A DNA stretch of 64,000 nucleotides from the NCBI RefSeq assembly GCF_964204645.1, contig NC_134034.1, forward strand, positions 12,288,962 to 12,352,961, in the 5' to 3' direction. How positions within the stretch are numbered: position 1 is the stretch's first letter; every line of letters begins with the position of its first letter. Below the pieces are notes generated by a model. The model did no database searches. It was not told where the DNA came from and saw only the letters and a program-made list of their open reading frames with translations. Shown one piece after another: positions 25,511 through 39,129 of this stretch. The stretch is from Tubulanus polymorphus (taxonomy: Eukaryota > Animalia > Nemertea). A program made the position numbers and the translations under genes.

Positions 25511-28500
25511 ATGGGGAAAGGTTTCAATAATTATATGACAAAGAAGTTCTTCCATCCTGGAAGCAAAGAGAACATTAAACGAGTAAGATACAAACATCAT
25601 TATTGAAAAAAAAAATCCATTTCAAATTCATGAATATTGAATGCAATTAATTAATGAACTGAACTCTACTATAAGCTGGCTGTTTATGTTATTGTTAGGT
25701 ATGGATGGCCGAACAAAAAGCTGAATTTGATAAAAAGAAACAAGAAGAATTGATGAATCAATATCAAAAAGAGCAAGACGTCTTACAAAACAGGTATAAA
25801 TAATTCACCTCTTCCTCCGCATCCACGCTCCCTGACAGTTTCAGATCAGTTCAATTATAATCCAACCTGCCGACAATTTTCAGATCAGCTTCAAAACCGA
25901 CGCAACAGCTTTCAGATGAGCTTGTTAAAGATAATAGATTTGTGTTTCAGGGCTCTTCTCGGTGACGAAAAAGCTAAACTCGGTCTCAGTTTTCTGTACG
26001 ATGCGCCACCTGGTGCTAAAAAAGGTAATTATGCCCATTACCCTTGTTTATGAATCGTGTTGGAAGAACACTATTACTCAAAGAAAGTTAACGGGAAACC
26101 TCCGAATCCTACTGTGGCAATTGAGGAATATAAGGGTTTCTTTGACATTTCAGTTAAAATCGAATGAAATTTTCCCTTGATAAATCAAGCTATTCAAAAC
26201 TATACCAAATACTGAGTGAAAAATAAATTCTGAGTATATTTGGTGGGGACATTTTGTAGACAAAGAAAAGGAAGACGATGAACCTGAATATAAATTTGAA
26301 TGGCAGAGAAAATTCAACGCGCCTCGAGAATCGTAAGTGCACGCGTAATGATGATGTCATAGACATTTCTTTCAAAATACACATGTATCGATGATGTCCT
26401 ACACGCTTTCTGACAAAATACACACGTAATGATGATGTCATGGGCACTTTCTTTCAAAATACACATGTATCGATGATGTCCTACACGCTTTTCTACAAAA
26501 TACACACGTAATGATGATGTCATGGGCACTTTCTTTCAAAATACACATGTATCGATGATGTCCTACACGCTTTCTTACAAAATACACACGTAATGATGAT
26601 GTCATGGGCACTTTCATTTGAAATACTCTCACAACAATGATGTCATACACACTTTGTTATGAAATACACTCACAATGATGATTTCATACACGCTTTGTTA
26701 TGAAATACACTCACAATGATGATGTCATACACGCTTTGTTATGAAATACTCTCACAATGATGATGTCATACACGCTTTCTTATGAAATGGGCTCGTAGTG
26801 ATGATCTTGCACACGCTTTCTTTTTAAGTACTCGCATATTGATGATATCGTACGCACTATTTCAGGTACGCGAAAGACGATGACACAATCCGCGATCAGC
26901 CGTTTGGTATTGAAGTGCGTAACGTACGGTGTATCAAGTGCAAACGCTGGGGTCACGTGAATACTGATAAAGTTTGTCCGCTGTTCGGCAAATCATTGAC
27001 AATGGAACCACCGGCAGGTACGAATCGAAATTTCAAGGGGGGTGCCACAGAGGGGGAAACATAAATCGGCTTAAGTAAACTCCACTCAAGATCGGTAGCT
27101 GCAGTTGCTCGAAAGTTGGTTAAAGATAACCGGCCGATATCTACCATAGTAACAATGAACTTTCAACTGTCACTACAGCATTTATCTAACCCTAACTAAT
27201 TTTTCAGCAACTGAAGCCCCTGGGGTGGGTTTCATAGATGTGGAAGAAAAAAAGTAGTCCTTGGGAACATTTTAAAATTTGTCAGTTATAACCATGCTTT
27301 CTCGTAACTATACAGGGTCCAGTTCCACAGTTGTGAGTTAAGATTTGACCCTGAGTTAACTCAATGAAAATGAACTAATTTTAACTCAGATTTAACTCTA
27401 ACTCACAACTGTGGAACTGGATCCTGGTTGTAACCTACAGATTGAGGATTTACCCCCAGGGATAACTTTGATACTCGGTCTACGATACCGAGCCCTGTAT
27501 AGTACCCGGTAGTGGTGTTTTTCAGTCGAGCGCCGCATTGAAGTTAAGACGGTAAAAATGCGCGTTAAATTTCAGAGCCGATGAAAATGACCGATTTAAT
27601 CGAAGGCATGAAAACGGATTCTGGATTACGCATGAAATCGTCGGCAGCCGGAAACGTTTTAACCGATGAAAAACTCGTCGATCAGGTAAAATTGACTAAG
27701 TGTCTGATACGATGGTGGAAAGAGGCCCTGAACCACGCTCTAAGAACTGGCATTTATTTGGGCTCTTACAGATCCAGGAAATCAGGGAATTCTGACTCTT
27801 GAGTTCTTGTGGATCGGGGGAAAACTTAAAATTTGAATATTTCAGTGTCTGGGATGTTCTTGCTTAGGACGAGTGGCACAATCAGGGAATTTGAATTTCT
27901 GGTGTCTTGTTCTTGCTGGTAACGAGTTGCACAACCTCTTGATTAGAAACAGCCCTCACTGAGGATATCTTATGATTTAATCAGGGAATTTGAATTTCTG
28001 GTGTCTTGTTGTTCTTGCTGGTGACCAGTGACACAAGGAACTCTTAATAATAAACAGCCCCAACTGAAGATATCTTGTGATTAAATCAGATAATTTTTTC
28101 GGTCGAGGGTCAGAGGAAATATCTGGGGATTTGCGATCACTGATCAGTAAGACCCCTGATTAAAAACCTTGAAATATATGTTTTGGTTTTCAGAATCTAG
28201 ATAACGCAGCTGAGGGTGATGACGACCCTGAGGTCGAATTCTTAAAAACATTGACGACGAAACAAAAGAAGAAATTGTTAAAGTAAGCTTTGGTCGGGTA
28301 GATATTTGCCGTTTTCTGTGGGTCGGGTTCTGTTTAAATGTTCCGTTGTTTCTTCGAAGGAAACTGAATCGAATTCGGAAAAAAAATGACAAGAAAGATA
28401 AACACAAATCGAAGGGCAAGAAAAAAAAGAGCGATAAAGAAAAAGGAGGTAAACTTTTGATTAAATCTGATTAGTTGTTCGTCCATTCGGCTGGCTTCTC

Positions 28501-29388
28501 TCCTCACTGGTGGAAATTGTATCCGAAAACTTTTATTATCTTCTAGAAAAGAACAAGAAAGATGAAAAGAAAAGTCGCAATGAAAGTTCCGAGGATTCTG
28601 CGAGCGTTGCGACTCCGTCTCCAAAAAAATCCCGTAGATCATCGCAGCGCGGGCATATAGATGATCATAGGCAAGATAGATCACCTCAGCGCAGACAGAT
28701 GGCTGATCACAGGCAAGTGAGATCACCACAACGCGGGCAGAAAAATGATCATAGGCGAGATAGATCACCTGAGCGCAGGCAGATGGGTGATCGCAGGCAA
28801 GATAGATCACCCCAACGTAGGCAGATGGGTGATCACAGGCAAGATAGATCACCTCAGCGCGGGCAGAAAAATGATCACAGGCGCGATAGATCACCTCAGC
28901 GCGGGCAGACGGATGATCATCGCAGAGAAGAATCGCGTGAAACGAAAGCCAATAAAAGAACGTCTACAGATGAACGTCGCGGTCGAATAAGAAAACGTTC
29001 AACGAACAGTGAACGCGATCCCAGTCGATCAAGGTCAGATACGCGTAAACAAAGATCTCAAAGTCGCGAGGCCGAGAATCTGAGGAAACAAAAGAGGTCT
29101 CCGAGCAGAGAGAGAATGAGAGAGGCAAGAGGTCGCCGGTCTGAAAGTCGAGAGGCCGAGAAAAGGCGTCGGTCTCGTAGTAATTCTAGAACTCGTCGTC
29201 GAGGTAACCCGAACCGCGCGAAAAATCATAGATCTCGAAGCACGGAGCGTAAACGCCGGTCGCGGAGTGCGGAGCGTAAACGCCGGTCGCGGAGTCATTC
29301 CCGGAATCGCAGTAGATCACGTTCTATTCCTAAATTCATCAAGAAAAGACGTTATTCAGATTCTTTAAGCGATTCGAGCGATGATTAA
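25511..29388 (+). CDS. CIR1: Corepressor interacting with RBPJ 1 (CIR1), ~9 exons, RS-rich C-terminus
   Basis: Spliced N-terminus [24 protein letters not shown]|VWMAEQK..., [59 protein letters not shown] zinc knuckle, [19 protein letters not shown]. Approximate exons: 25511-25582, 25700-25794, 25951-26024, 26260-26332, 26866-27017, 27576-27684, 28193-28283, 28340-28448, 28547-29388. Confidence 0.92.
26340..26860. repeat. Tandem repeat (~41-bp subunit, ~82-bp dimer) in a CIR1 intron
   Basis: AATGATGATGTCAT...CTTTC...AAATACAC units. Confidence 0.85.
27097..27495. mobile_element. Cluster of adjacent and nested MITEs in a CIR1 intron
   Basis: Element with TIR GCTGCAGTTGCT...AGCAACTGAAGC (27099-27218), followed by an element matching 42335-42495 in reverse that is interrupted by a CCAGTTCCACAG MITE (27315-27425). 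Confidence 0.75.
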
Positions 29389-29787
29389 ATTATGAAGATG
29401 TTTTTCAGATATTTCGTCGACTTTTTCACTGTTTCTCCACTTACAAAATGGATGAAGTTGAGAACCACGACCCGGCTCGGGTCCATAATTGTGCATTCAG
29501 TTGCAATTACAATAAACTGCATGTTTTTGTTTGCCTCGGATCTGGACCAATCGATCCTCTCTGAGCTATTTCCATGGTATTTGATGGGTCGTTATCAAAA
29601 TGAATTGAATGAAGAAAATTTGCTATTTTTTTATCATACACGGCATGCAATAATCCGAGACTCCGGAATAAAGAGAATCTTTGTTTTCAAATATTAACCA
29701 GTAAATTTGCTTTTAAGTGAAATTGTAAATAAATCACATCTGTTGAACTGCATCCAGTTATCTGTGTAATTATATTGTTGCCAATTA

Positions 29788-29982
29788 GGAAGTGGATATT
29801 TTGCCAACGCGGCATTATTTTAGTAAACGCCATTTTGCCAATGGCTGTTTATAATAAGATATAGTAATAAAATATAACAATAACGGTGCGCGCATGCGCG
29901 GTGTCAATTAGCCAATCAAAACGCACCATTGGCAAAATAGCGTTTACAGGAATAATGCCGCATTGGCAAAATATCCACTGCC
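29788..29982. mobile_element. Palindromic MITE (~55-bp TIR, TWA flanks, Harbinger-like)
   Basis: GGAAGTGGATATTTTGCCAA...TTGGCAAAATATCCACTGCC. Confidence 0.8.
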
Positions 29983-30354
29983 TAACCATTATGATTAATA
30001 TTTAATTGTAATTATTATAAATATTTTCAATGCTGTATAATTTAAAACTGGTGTTTGTATCGTATTATTGTATTGTGAGAATAAAGTAAGGGTTTTTCAA
30101 TAGAGAAATGTCTCCTGCTGAAGTGGATTTTTACGAAATCAAGGAAGTTTTCAACTCAACTTGTAGACTCCATCCAACCAACATGCAATCTCTTCCCATG
30201 TAGTAAATACAGCAAGTGCTACGTTATGGAACAAAACAGTCTCGGCAGATGCCATATGTTGGCCCGAACTAACGAACTGGATCAAATAAACGGATTTTTG
30301 CAGCAGGACTCCTAAACTCTTTACAAGCCTCCAGCATTATTGGAATGGATATAA

Positions 30355-30572
30355 GGCTAAAAAAATTGATACCCTGTTTCTCCGCTCTGCTGAGCTTAAA
30401 TGTTGACCCGGCCGGCCGCCTATCTACCCTATACATTACTTTTTTTTAAATCGTGATCATTTTACCATAACAGACCCGGCCGCTGTAGAAATGAACTGTT
30501 TACAAATTTTATCATATTTTACAAAAATGACTCGGCCGCTGCGGAGAAACAAGGTATCATTTTTGTTTAGCC
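30355..30572. mobile_element. MITE with TAA TSD (Harbinger-like)
   Basis: GGCTAAA..TGATACCCTGTTTCTCCGC / GCGGAGAAACAAGGTATCA..TTTAGCC. Confidence 0.8.
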
Positions 30573-32189
30573 TAAATGGTGCATTTATCGAGATCTATTA
30601 CCCTTCGGTAATTTGCAGAGTTGAAACACCGTCTACTCCATTGTATAGTGCAGTACGCCGGGACTCGGGAGTAGTGAATGGAGCATCCCGCCGGTGTGTA
30701 GGTATAAATTCAATAACCTCAACAGGAATCCTTTGAAACATCGAGCAAACGAAACAAATTTCTTTTTTCTTCCATTAAAAAAACGGACTTTAATAATTTA
30801 AGTATAATATTTTCCATACGAGTACAGAAATCGTCTCTTGGGAGCCTAAGATTTCTGCGGATCCTAAACGGCGGTAGGCTGCGCCACGAGACTCCGCCAG
30901 GAAGCAGAATTCAGACTCCCCGAGAGCAGACTGCGGCAACCCAGGCTGACGTTTCACACTTAATTTTTTACCCTTACACACGAATCGTATCAATTCTACT
31001 AAAATCTGAAATTACAGTAGAACCCGCGGAGTTGGGAGCGATGAAATTCATCTGGTGGTCGAGAAATTTCAGATTTTTCCAGATAAACTAAAAATAATAC
31101 AAGATCGAAATCTGGGTTCTAACTGTAGTTTCAATAAATTAAAAACATCGAAAAAGTTGATGACAATTTTTCGTTTAGTTTTTCGTTCTAGATTTTAAAA
31201 GCAGTTTTTCCGTCAGCGTATAATAATCAACGGGCGCCACGCAGTTTAAGATGATAAAATTTATACCATTGTGGATTTCTACTACAGTTGGTTTAGGTTC
31301 GTTATGAACATGTTTTTACGAGACAGCTCACAGACACAGACACATTACAACGAGACTCAAACCATCATACCAGGGTTCATTGCGTCGGCCGCTTCTCCGG
31401 TTTACTACAGATTTTGCCATCCCCCGGAGAACCAGTCGGGCAAAACGTGCACCAGGCTTAATCGGAAGGTTTAAAACTGCGTCTAATTCCAGTTTGAAGA
31501 AAAAGCGTAAGCTTAAAAGTTCCTCATTGAAACCATGATTTAAACAATAGTAATCAAACCAAAAATTCTAACTTTTTCGCGAAACTCAGCCCCAAGATAT
31601 TCTGGAGGGCCGATTTAATGAATTGTTTTCGACTGCCACCTCCGATTCTAGCAGGCCCTTCTTCAAAATTAATGGTTAATCGCAGCCTTGAAACAATATT
31701 TTCATCAATGTTGCTGCTTCCAATGAACCCTGATATCCTTAACGAGTCACTTTTTATCGGGAAATTAAGCAATTTTTTTTTCTCTTAACGTTTCAATCGC
31801 ACTCGGCTAAAGTAACACAAACTCTTTCGTCTTTTCTTTAAAGCTACAAGGCAACGACAACATCTTTTTTCGAGTTCGAAATTTCTGAGCGGTCAGCCGA
31901 TCGGAAAATGGCCGCACCGCGCTACGACGCACAGTTACTAGGACCTAAATTTGGGACACGCGCGCGCGCGCGCGCAAAAATAAACAAATTTTCATCGTTT
32001 ATTCCAAGATATCGCGGCGGATCAATAAATTCTATATAATAAGCCACGATTTTGAATGCAGATTTTTGAACAGGTAACAATGAAAATTTACAATATAATT
32101 ATAATTATAATCATAATAACATTCAGATCACAGAAAATCAAACGACAATTTTGCGCTACTAAATGTCATTTTCCTAAAGTAAGCCGTCA

Positions 32190-35100
32190 TTATTTACTGT
32201 TGCCGTTCAATTTCAGCATTTCTTGTTGCGACACTTTGTTGCAGCGTTTCACCAGTTTTTGTTTGTACGAGAAAATGCTGCCTTCCCACTTTGTGACCTT
32301 CTGCTTGTCGCAAATCCAAATTTCCTCCGCGACCTACGAGAATTTTGAAACGAGAGAAAAATTTAAATCTCTGATCGTAGCTAATTGAAAATGAACTACA
32401 AACACCAGACATTAGACATTCTATCAGCGCACTTTCAAAAACTGTTAGTCCACACTTCACATGTGTTCAGTGCTAATTGAAAATGAACTATAAACACTAG
32501 AAATTTTATCAGCACAAAACTGATCGTCCACACTTCACATGTGTTCAGTGCTTCACCCGAGACATTTCTAATCAAAAATGAACTACAAACACCAGACATT
32601 TTATCAACACGCTTTCAAAAACTGATCGTCCACACTTCACATGCGTCCAGAACTTCACTTGAGACATTTTTAATTGAAAATGAACTACAAACACCAGACA
32701 TTTTATCAGTGCACTTTCAAAAACTGACACTCAACGGTTCACCCTATATCAGTAAATGCCTGTAGGAGTTGTTTCAGATTGATTTGAACATTTGATTCAA
32801 GTCCAATCCCTAACCAGTGCGTATTTACCATTGTCAGTTGCAAATATGTAATAATAATTCACCTGAGCTATGAGTCTGAAGTCGTGACTAACTAAAACCA
32901 TTCCTCCGTCGAAATCATTGAGAGCTTCGGCCAACGAATCGATCGTTTCGATGTCCAAATGATTTGTAGGTTCGTCCAGCAACAATAGATGCGGCGATTG
33001 CCATGCCAACCACGCGAATATCACTCGACAACGTTGACCGTCGGATAGATTTTGCATCGGACAAATCTAAAATCATAACCGCAACACAGTTCAGTAAACT
33101 ATTTCAGCGTTTTAGCAAATCAGGGAATCAGAGATATTAGTTCAGGTATTTTCCATTAAGAAAGAAAAAGAATCAAGGAGTCGTAAGAACCCTGTAGAGA
33201 ATTCCCTCTCATCTCTCCCTCCTCCCTCTCATCTCTACCTCCCTCCCTCTCATCTCTCCCTCCCTCTCATCTCTCCCTCCTCCCTCTCATCTCTCCCTCC
33301 CTCCCTCTCATCTCTCCCTCCATCCCTCTCATCTCTCCCTCCATCCCTCTCATCTCTCCCTCCCTCCCTCACAATTTACTGTATACACCAATGAGGGCTT
33401 GCCACTCACCTGTTGTTGACCGGTTAACCCGAATCGACCGATAATCTTCCTCATTTCCTCGCGTTCTTTAATATCTGGGAACTGCTTCATCATCCAGTCG
33501 AGGGCGGTTTGCTCCAGATCTAACAATTCCTAAAACGACGCGAAAAAACGAATACAAGACCAAGTAACTACCGGTACTAGCGACACCTGGTGGATCCTCA
33601 CTTGCCATAGTATTCTTACCTGTAAATGCTGATGATATCGGCCTATTTTAATATGCGAGTGACGTCTGATCAATCCGTCTGTCGGATGTAGTTGCCCGGC
33701 GATCAGTTTCAACAATGTTGATTTGCCGGCACCGTTCGGCCCGACGAGCGCGACTCGCGTGTCGAGGTCCATCCCGAAGTCAAGGTCGCGGTAGATGTAC
33801 GGTTTATCGTCGGAGTAACGGAAACAGACGTTCTGTACCTGGATCACCGGCGGTGGCAGTTTACCGCATTCCGGGAAATAAAACGTCAACGTCTGCAATA
33901 AACAGCAGCAAGAGAATTATTATTTATAGTTTAAAATAATCACTTTTTATCATGAAAATCGGCATCTTAGGCGTCAAATGTAAAGTCACAACTGCCGAAC
34001 TGAGCTCAATTTCAAAGAAAATCAATATCTTCGGGATCCAGTTTCACAGTTGAGATCACTCGGAGTTAAAAATAGTTAATTTTCGACGAGTCGAATCTTA
34101 ATTCACAACCGAGGAATTGCATCCAGAATTTCACGTCTCCAACGACACTGACCCGGTCGGTTGTGACTTTCTGTGTGAGACCTCCTTCGACCATCTTCCG
34201 CAGTGTTTTCTCTTTACTCTGAGCTTGTCGCGCTAACTTCGCGCTACCGTGACCGAACCGAGCGATATAATCCTGAAATATAGACGCATAAAATGTATTT
34301 AACTACAGAGAAAATTAATCCGCAGTGTGGCCACTAATTGGACTTAGACTTGCTTTTCCCCTGACTTCCCAGCTGACAAGTTGTTTTCCCTGACTCGATC
34401 TGCTAAGAATCCAATCAATTAACACAGTCAAATACGTAAGGCATAGATGGAAACTGTTTGATTTTATGAGTGATCTAGAAATCTCAACTAACTTTTCTGA
34501 CTTATCCCTAATTTTTAGCTCTTTTTTTTTTACAAATTTCCCTGACTTTTCTGAAGAAAACATAAACCCCCGACTTTTCCCCGGTTTCTATGTTAAGTGG
34601 CGCCACTTGACGTGAACGGCGATAAAAAAGATCGAAATCGACCGATCGTTGATTTACCTTCATGTGAGCGATTTCACTTTGTTGTCGTTTGTAAGATTTC
34701 ATTTGATTTTCCTCTATTTCCGAGCGAGTTTGAACGTACTGATCGTAGTTACCCTAATGCGTCACAGAAAAACAATAGAAAACTGTCTTAATCGCACGGA
34801 AAAAAAACATCATCAAAAATTACAAAGCGACCAATGTTTCGAGCGACTTAAAAAACATCTTTCCGCAGTATTATAGTATTTCGTAACTGATTGCTCACCG
34901 TATAGAATAGTATTTCGGTACTGATTGCTCACCGTATAGAATAGTATTTCGTTACTGATTGCTCACCGTATAGAATAGTATTTCGGTACTGATTGCTCAC
35001 CGTATAGAATAGTATTTCGGTACCGATTGCTCACCGTATAGAATAGTATTTCGGTACTGATTGCTCACCGTATAGAATAGTATTTCGGTACTGATTGCTC

Positions 35101-38100
35101 ACCGTATAGAATAGTATTTCGTTACTGATTGCTCACCGTATAGAATAGTATTTCGGTACCGATTGCTCACCGTATAGAATAGTATTTCAGTACCGATTGC
35201 TTACCGTATAGAATTTGAGTTTAGTTTGATGCATGTGAATGATATTCGTACAGACTCCGTTGAGGAAATCCTGAGAGTGAGACACGATCACTAGAATTCT
35301 CTTATACCTGCACAGACGAACGAAATACATATAACCATTAGAACTACATTCAGACGCCTCATTAGCATTAAACGTACATTTTCAAGCCACAACTGCGGAT
35401 AAGGATCCAGTCGCTTAAGATATAAGTGAATCTGAGGGTTCTCATAGATCAGTGAATACAATGACTAAATATACCCTGGTTGAATTGTAAGATATACTCA
35501 GTGGGGTGGGGGGTTTCTTCTTATCAAGAGGTTGCTTGTGCCACACGTCAACAGCAAAAACAACAAGACATCAAAAATTCAAATTCCCTTATTAAATTAG
35601 GATATCCTCCATCCTCAGTGAGGTTTGTTGTTTCTTAACAAGAGGTTCCTCATGTCACCTGGTCACCAGTAAGAACAAGACACCAAAATTTCAAATTATG
35701 TGATATTTCCGGACTTTCAAGAAAAGAGCAAAAGTTTGCGAACGCCGAGATATAAAAATTTGAGAGAAACGGAATGCTTACTCCTTAAGTTCCGATTCGA
35801 GCCAGACGCAGGCGTCTAAATCTAAATGATTCGTCGGTTCATCGAGTAACAACATCGTCGGTCTGATGAACAACGCTCGGGCCAGAGCGATCCTCATCCT
35901 CCAACCTCCGGAGAAGTCCTTCACCGCTTTCCGCTGCATTTCTGGAGTGAAGCCGAGACCGTGTAGAATCATACCGGCTTTATACTCGGCCTTATCGGCG
36001 TCCATCTCCTCCAGACGCTCCGTCACGTCTTGTATTCTTTCGTGAGCATCTGTAAACGCAGCAAAAAGATGTCACACGGGGAATATTGGAGGTAGGTGAT
36101 GTCATAACGGAGAACTTCAAATGATGGGGAATAACAAAGAATGATGATGTCATAAGGTGAATTATGCAGAAATAATTCAAGGGATTGAGATGATGATGTC
36201 ATAGGGAGAACTTCGAATGATGAAGTCATAAAGGAAATCATGGAGGATGATGATGATATTAAAGGGGAAATACGGAGGCATTTCAAACTAACTGCAGAAA
36301 AATGTGACAGGGGAATAGTAGGCGGATAATGATGTCATAAGGAGAACTTTGAATGATGAATTCATAAAGGAAATCATGGAGGATGATGATGATATTAAAG
36401 GGGAAATTATGTTAGCTGATGTCATAGGGGGAAAAACGGAGGCATTTCAAACTAACTGCAGAAAAATGTGACAGGGGAATAGTAGGCGGATAATGATGTC
36501 ATAAGGAGAACTTTGAATGATGAAGTCATAAAGGAAATCATGGAGGATGATGATGATATTAAAGGGGAAATTATGTTAGCTGATGTCATAGGGGGAAAAA
36601 CGGAGGCATTTCAAACTAACTGCAGAAAAATGTGACAGGGGAATAGTAGGCGTATAATGATGTCATAAGGAGAACTTTGAATGATGAAGTCATAAAGGAA
36701 ATCATGGAGGATGATGATGATATTAAAGGGGAAATTATGTTAGCTGATGTCATAGGGGGAAAAACGGAGGCATTTCAAACTAACTGCAGAAAAATGTGAC
36801 AGGGGAATAGTAGGCGGATAATGATGTCATAAGGAGAACTTTGAATGATGAAGTCATGGAGTGAATTATACGAAGGATGATCTCGAAGGGGTAAATTACA
36901 TTAAGCGATGGGGGAATTATCGAGACATTTCAAACTAACCGTCGTCTCCGCGTATAATTAATTCCTCCATCTCTTTCTCGAGGATTATTCGCTCCTTGTC
37001 GACTTCCATCACGGTTTCTAACGCCGTTTTATCCGACGGCGGCATCTCTCGTTTCAGGTGGAATACGTCGACGTGGTCGGGGATCGGGATCTCGTTGTTA
37101 CCGAGCGCCGCCAACAACGAAGATTTACCTACAAACATAAATCATAAATAAAATCCCCTTTCAAAGACAAGCGACTGTAACTTAATCGAAATAAAAAATC
37201 GATAATTTGAAGTCAAACGAATCTAGAGAAAAATGTTTGAATTTTGGCTTCCATCTGAGTTGAAACATCAAAATCGTCCGTAGGTTTTACTTTTTTCTTA
37301 TCATCGGATAATCAGAAATATCGTACCGCAGCCGTTAAAACCGATCAGTCCGTAACGTCTGCCGCAGTTCAAGGTCAGCGTCGTTTCCGTCAGTAATTCG
37401 ACGCCGTGGAAACGCATCGTTAGTTTCTCGATTCGTAAATCGCGACTGTCTTTATACGAGGCTAGAACACCGGTGCACGACCGTTCAGCCGCTCCGAGGT
37501 CGATGCCTTCTAGTTTAGCTGCCACTTCGTCTAAACCATTCACTACAACATATACATAATAACCCAGCGTTCACTACTGACGACAGTTTAATACATTACT
37601 GAAAACAATTTGAAAATTCCACCGCAGCGATTAACGAACGCACTGCTATCTTTCCTTAACGCCACAGCGTGGCGTATAAGATATACAGCTTTAGCCGATA
37701 GAACTGTATAGTATTACCTCAACCCCATAGTGCGACGTAAAAGATATACAGTTCTATTAAATAGTCAGAACTGTATAGAATAACCTCAACCCCACAGTGT
37801 GATAGAAAAGATAAACAGTTCTATTAACTCTACCCTGCAATGCGGTGTTTAACAAATGCACAGCTAATTTACCTTGCAGTGCAGCATATATGATATACAG
37901 TTCCATTCAGTAGAATTAACCCCACAGTGCGGCGTATAAGGTATACAGTTCTATTCTATAGAACCCTACCCACAGTGCGGTGTATTAGCTATACAGTTCT
38001 ATTTAATAGAACTAACCCCACAGTGCGGCGTGTAAGGTATACAGTTCTATTCAGTAGAACTAACCCCACAATGCAGCGTATAAGGTATACAGTTCTATTC

Positions 38101-38680
38101 AATAGAACTAACCCCACAGTGCGGTGTATAAGGTATACAGTTCTATTTAATAGAACTAACCCCACAGTGCGGCATATTAGATATACAGTTCTATTTAATA
38201 GAACTAACCCCACAGTGCGGTGTATTAGCTATACAGTTCTATTCAATAGAACTAACCCCACAGTGCAGCATATATGATATACAGTTCCATTCAATATAAC
38301 TAACCCCACAGTGCGGGGTATAAGGTATACAGTTCTATTTAATAGAACTAACCCCATGGTGCCACGTATAAGATAAACAGCTGTTTACAATAGAACTGTA
38401 TAGTATTAAATCAACCACACAGTGCGGCGTATAAGGTATACAGTTCTAGTTCAATAGAACTAACAAGTCAGTCCACCGGAACCACCATCAAATACACACA
38501 ATATAAAAGATACTTACATGTACCATTTTTTTTAACGGGAGTCGATGAACCACTCCCATTGGCTGTTCCGTTTGCAGTAGATGAAACTGAGGCTGCCGAA
38601 CCGCGTCTGCTGCCGTCTGTTTTTTTCTTGGATGCGTCTTTCTTAGCGGCTGCGCGCTTTTTCTTAGCATCTGATGGCAT
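32190..38680 (-). CDS. ABCF2: ATP-binding cassette subfamily F member 2, 11 coding exons
   Basis: Starts MPSDAKKK. Two ABC domains: GFNGCGKS / [16 protein letters not shown] / [11 protein letters not shown] and GPNGAGKS / LSDGQRCR / [11 protein letters not shown]. Exons 38680-38518, 37542-37327, 37128-36940, 36049-35782, 35307-35205, 34753-34658, 34272-34153, 33892-33620, 33529-33410, 33066-32863, 32333-32190. AATAAA on the minus strand near 32000. Confidence 0.95.
34874..35213. repeat. 34-bp tandem repeat x10 overlapping the ABCF2 exon 5 splice donor
   Basis: TAGTATTTCGGTACTGATTGCTCACCGTATAGAA units. Confidence 0.95.
36070..36870. repeat. ~165-bp tandem repeat, ~4 copies, in an ABCF2 intron
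   Basis: Repeated GGAGGCATTTCAAACTAACTGCAGAAAAATGTGACAGGGGAATAG. Confidence 0.85.
37660..38462. repeat. 48-bp tandem repeat in the first coding intron of ABCF2
   Basis: CCCCACAGTGCGGCGTATAAGGTATACAGTTCTATTCAATAGAACTAA units, each with the hairpin GTTCTATT..AATAGAAC. Confidence 0.9.
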
Positions 38681-39129
38681 GTTTTTAACTAAAATTTAAT
38701 TTTTAAAAACTTTTCAATCAAACAGAAAATAGATCAATATCAAAGAGTGGATGGCCCAAAAAAAAAGCTCGGCAGGGGCTTAGCTCTAAGTAAGGCTTAC
38801 AAAAATTTTGAAAATATATTTATTCAATCAAATGTTCTCAAGTTGTGACAATCAGAAAACAATGGTCTCTTTGGAAAAACAACCTGAATAGAAATATATG
38901 GATTAATGAAATGTATTTTTTTCAAAAAAATTTATGACGTCAAAGAATGAGTGATGACTAAACATTCAATAGTAGTAGTAGTACGAAAAAGGGTATTTTA
39001 AAAACGATTTTTAACTAATTAAGGGTCGGTTCTAAACCCAATGAAGGGCACACAACGATAGTTTATCAGTTTATGAATATTAATGATTAACCGATTGAAT
39101 GATTATCAGCGGATTAACGCGTCAAACTC

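Noticed and set aside
27186-27196. CTAACCCTAAC, identical to the vertebrate telomerase RNA template
   Set aside because: It lies within the right TIR region of a MITE in a CIR1 intron; no downstream pseudoknot or H/ACA domain is evident.
28334-28894. 186-aa minus-strand repetitive ORF
   Set aside because: Antisense reading of the CIR1 coding repeat.
30903-30920. AGAATTCAGACT resembling RNase P RNA CR-V
   Set aside because: No matching upstream CR-I (GGAAGGUCUGA) to form P4.
37575-37612. CTGACGA...GAAA hammerhead-like string (weaker one at ~14105-14150, minus)
   Set aside because: No stem I pairing or cleavage triplet in the right place; core too degenerate.
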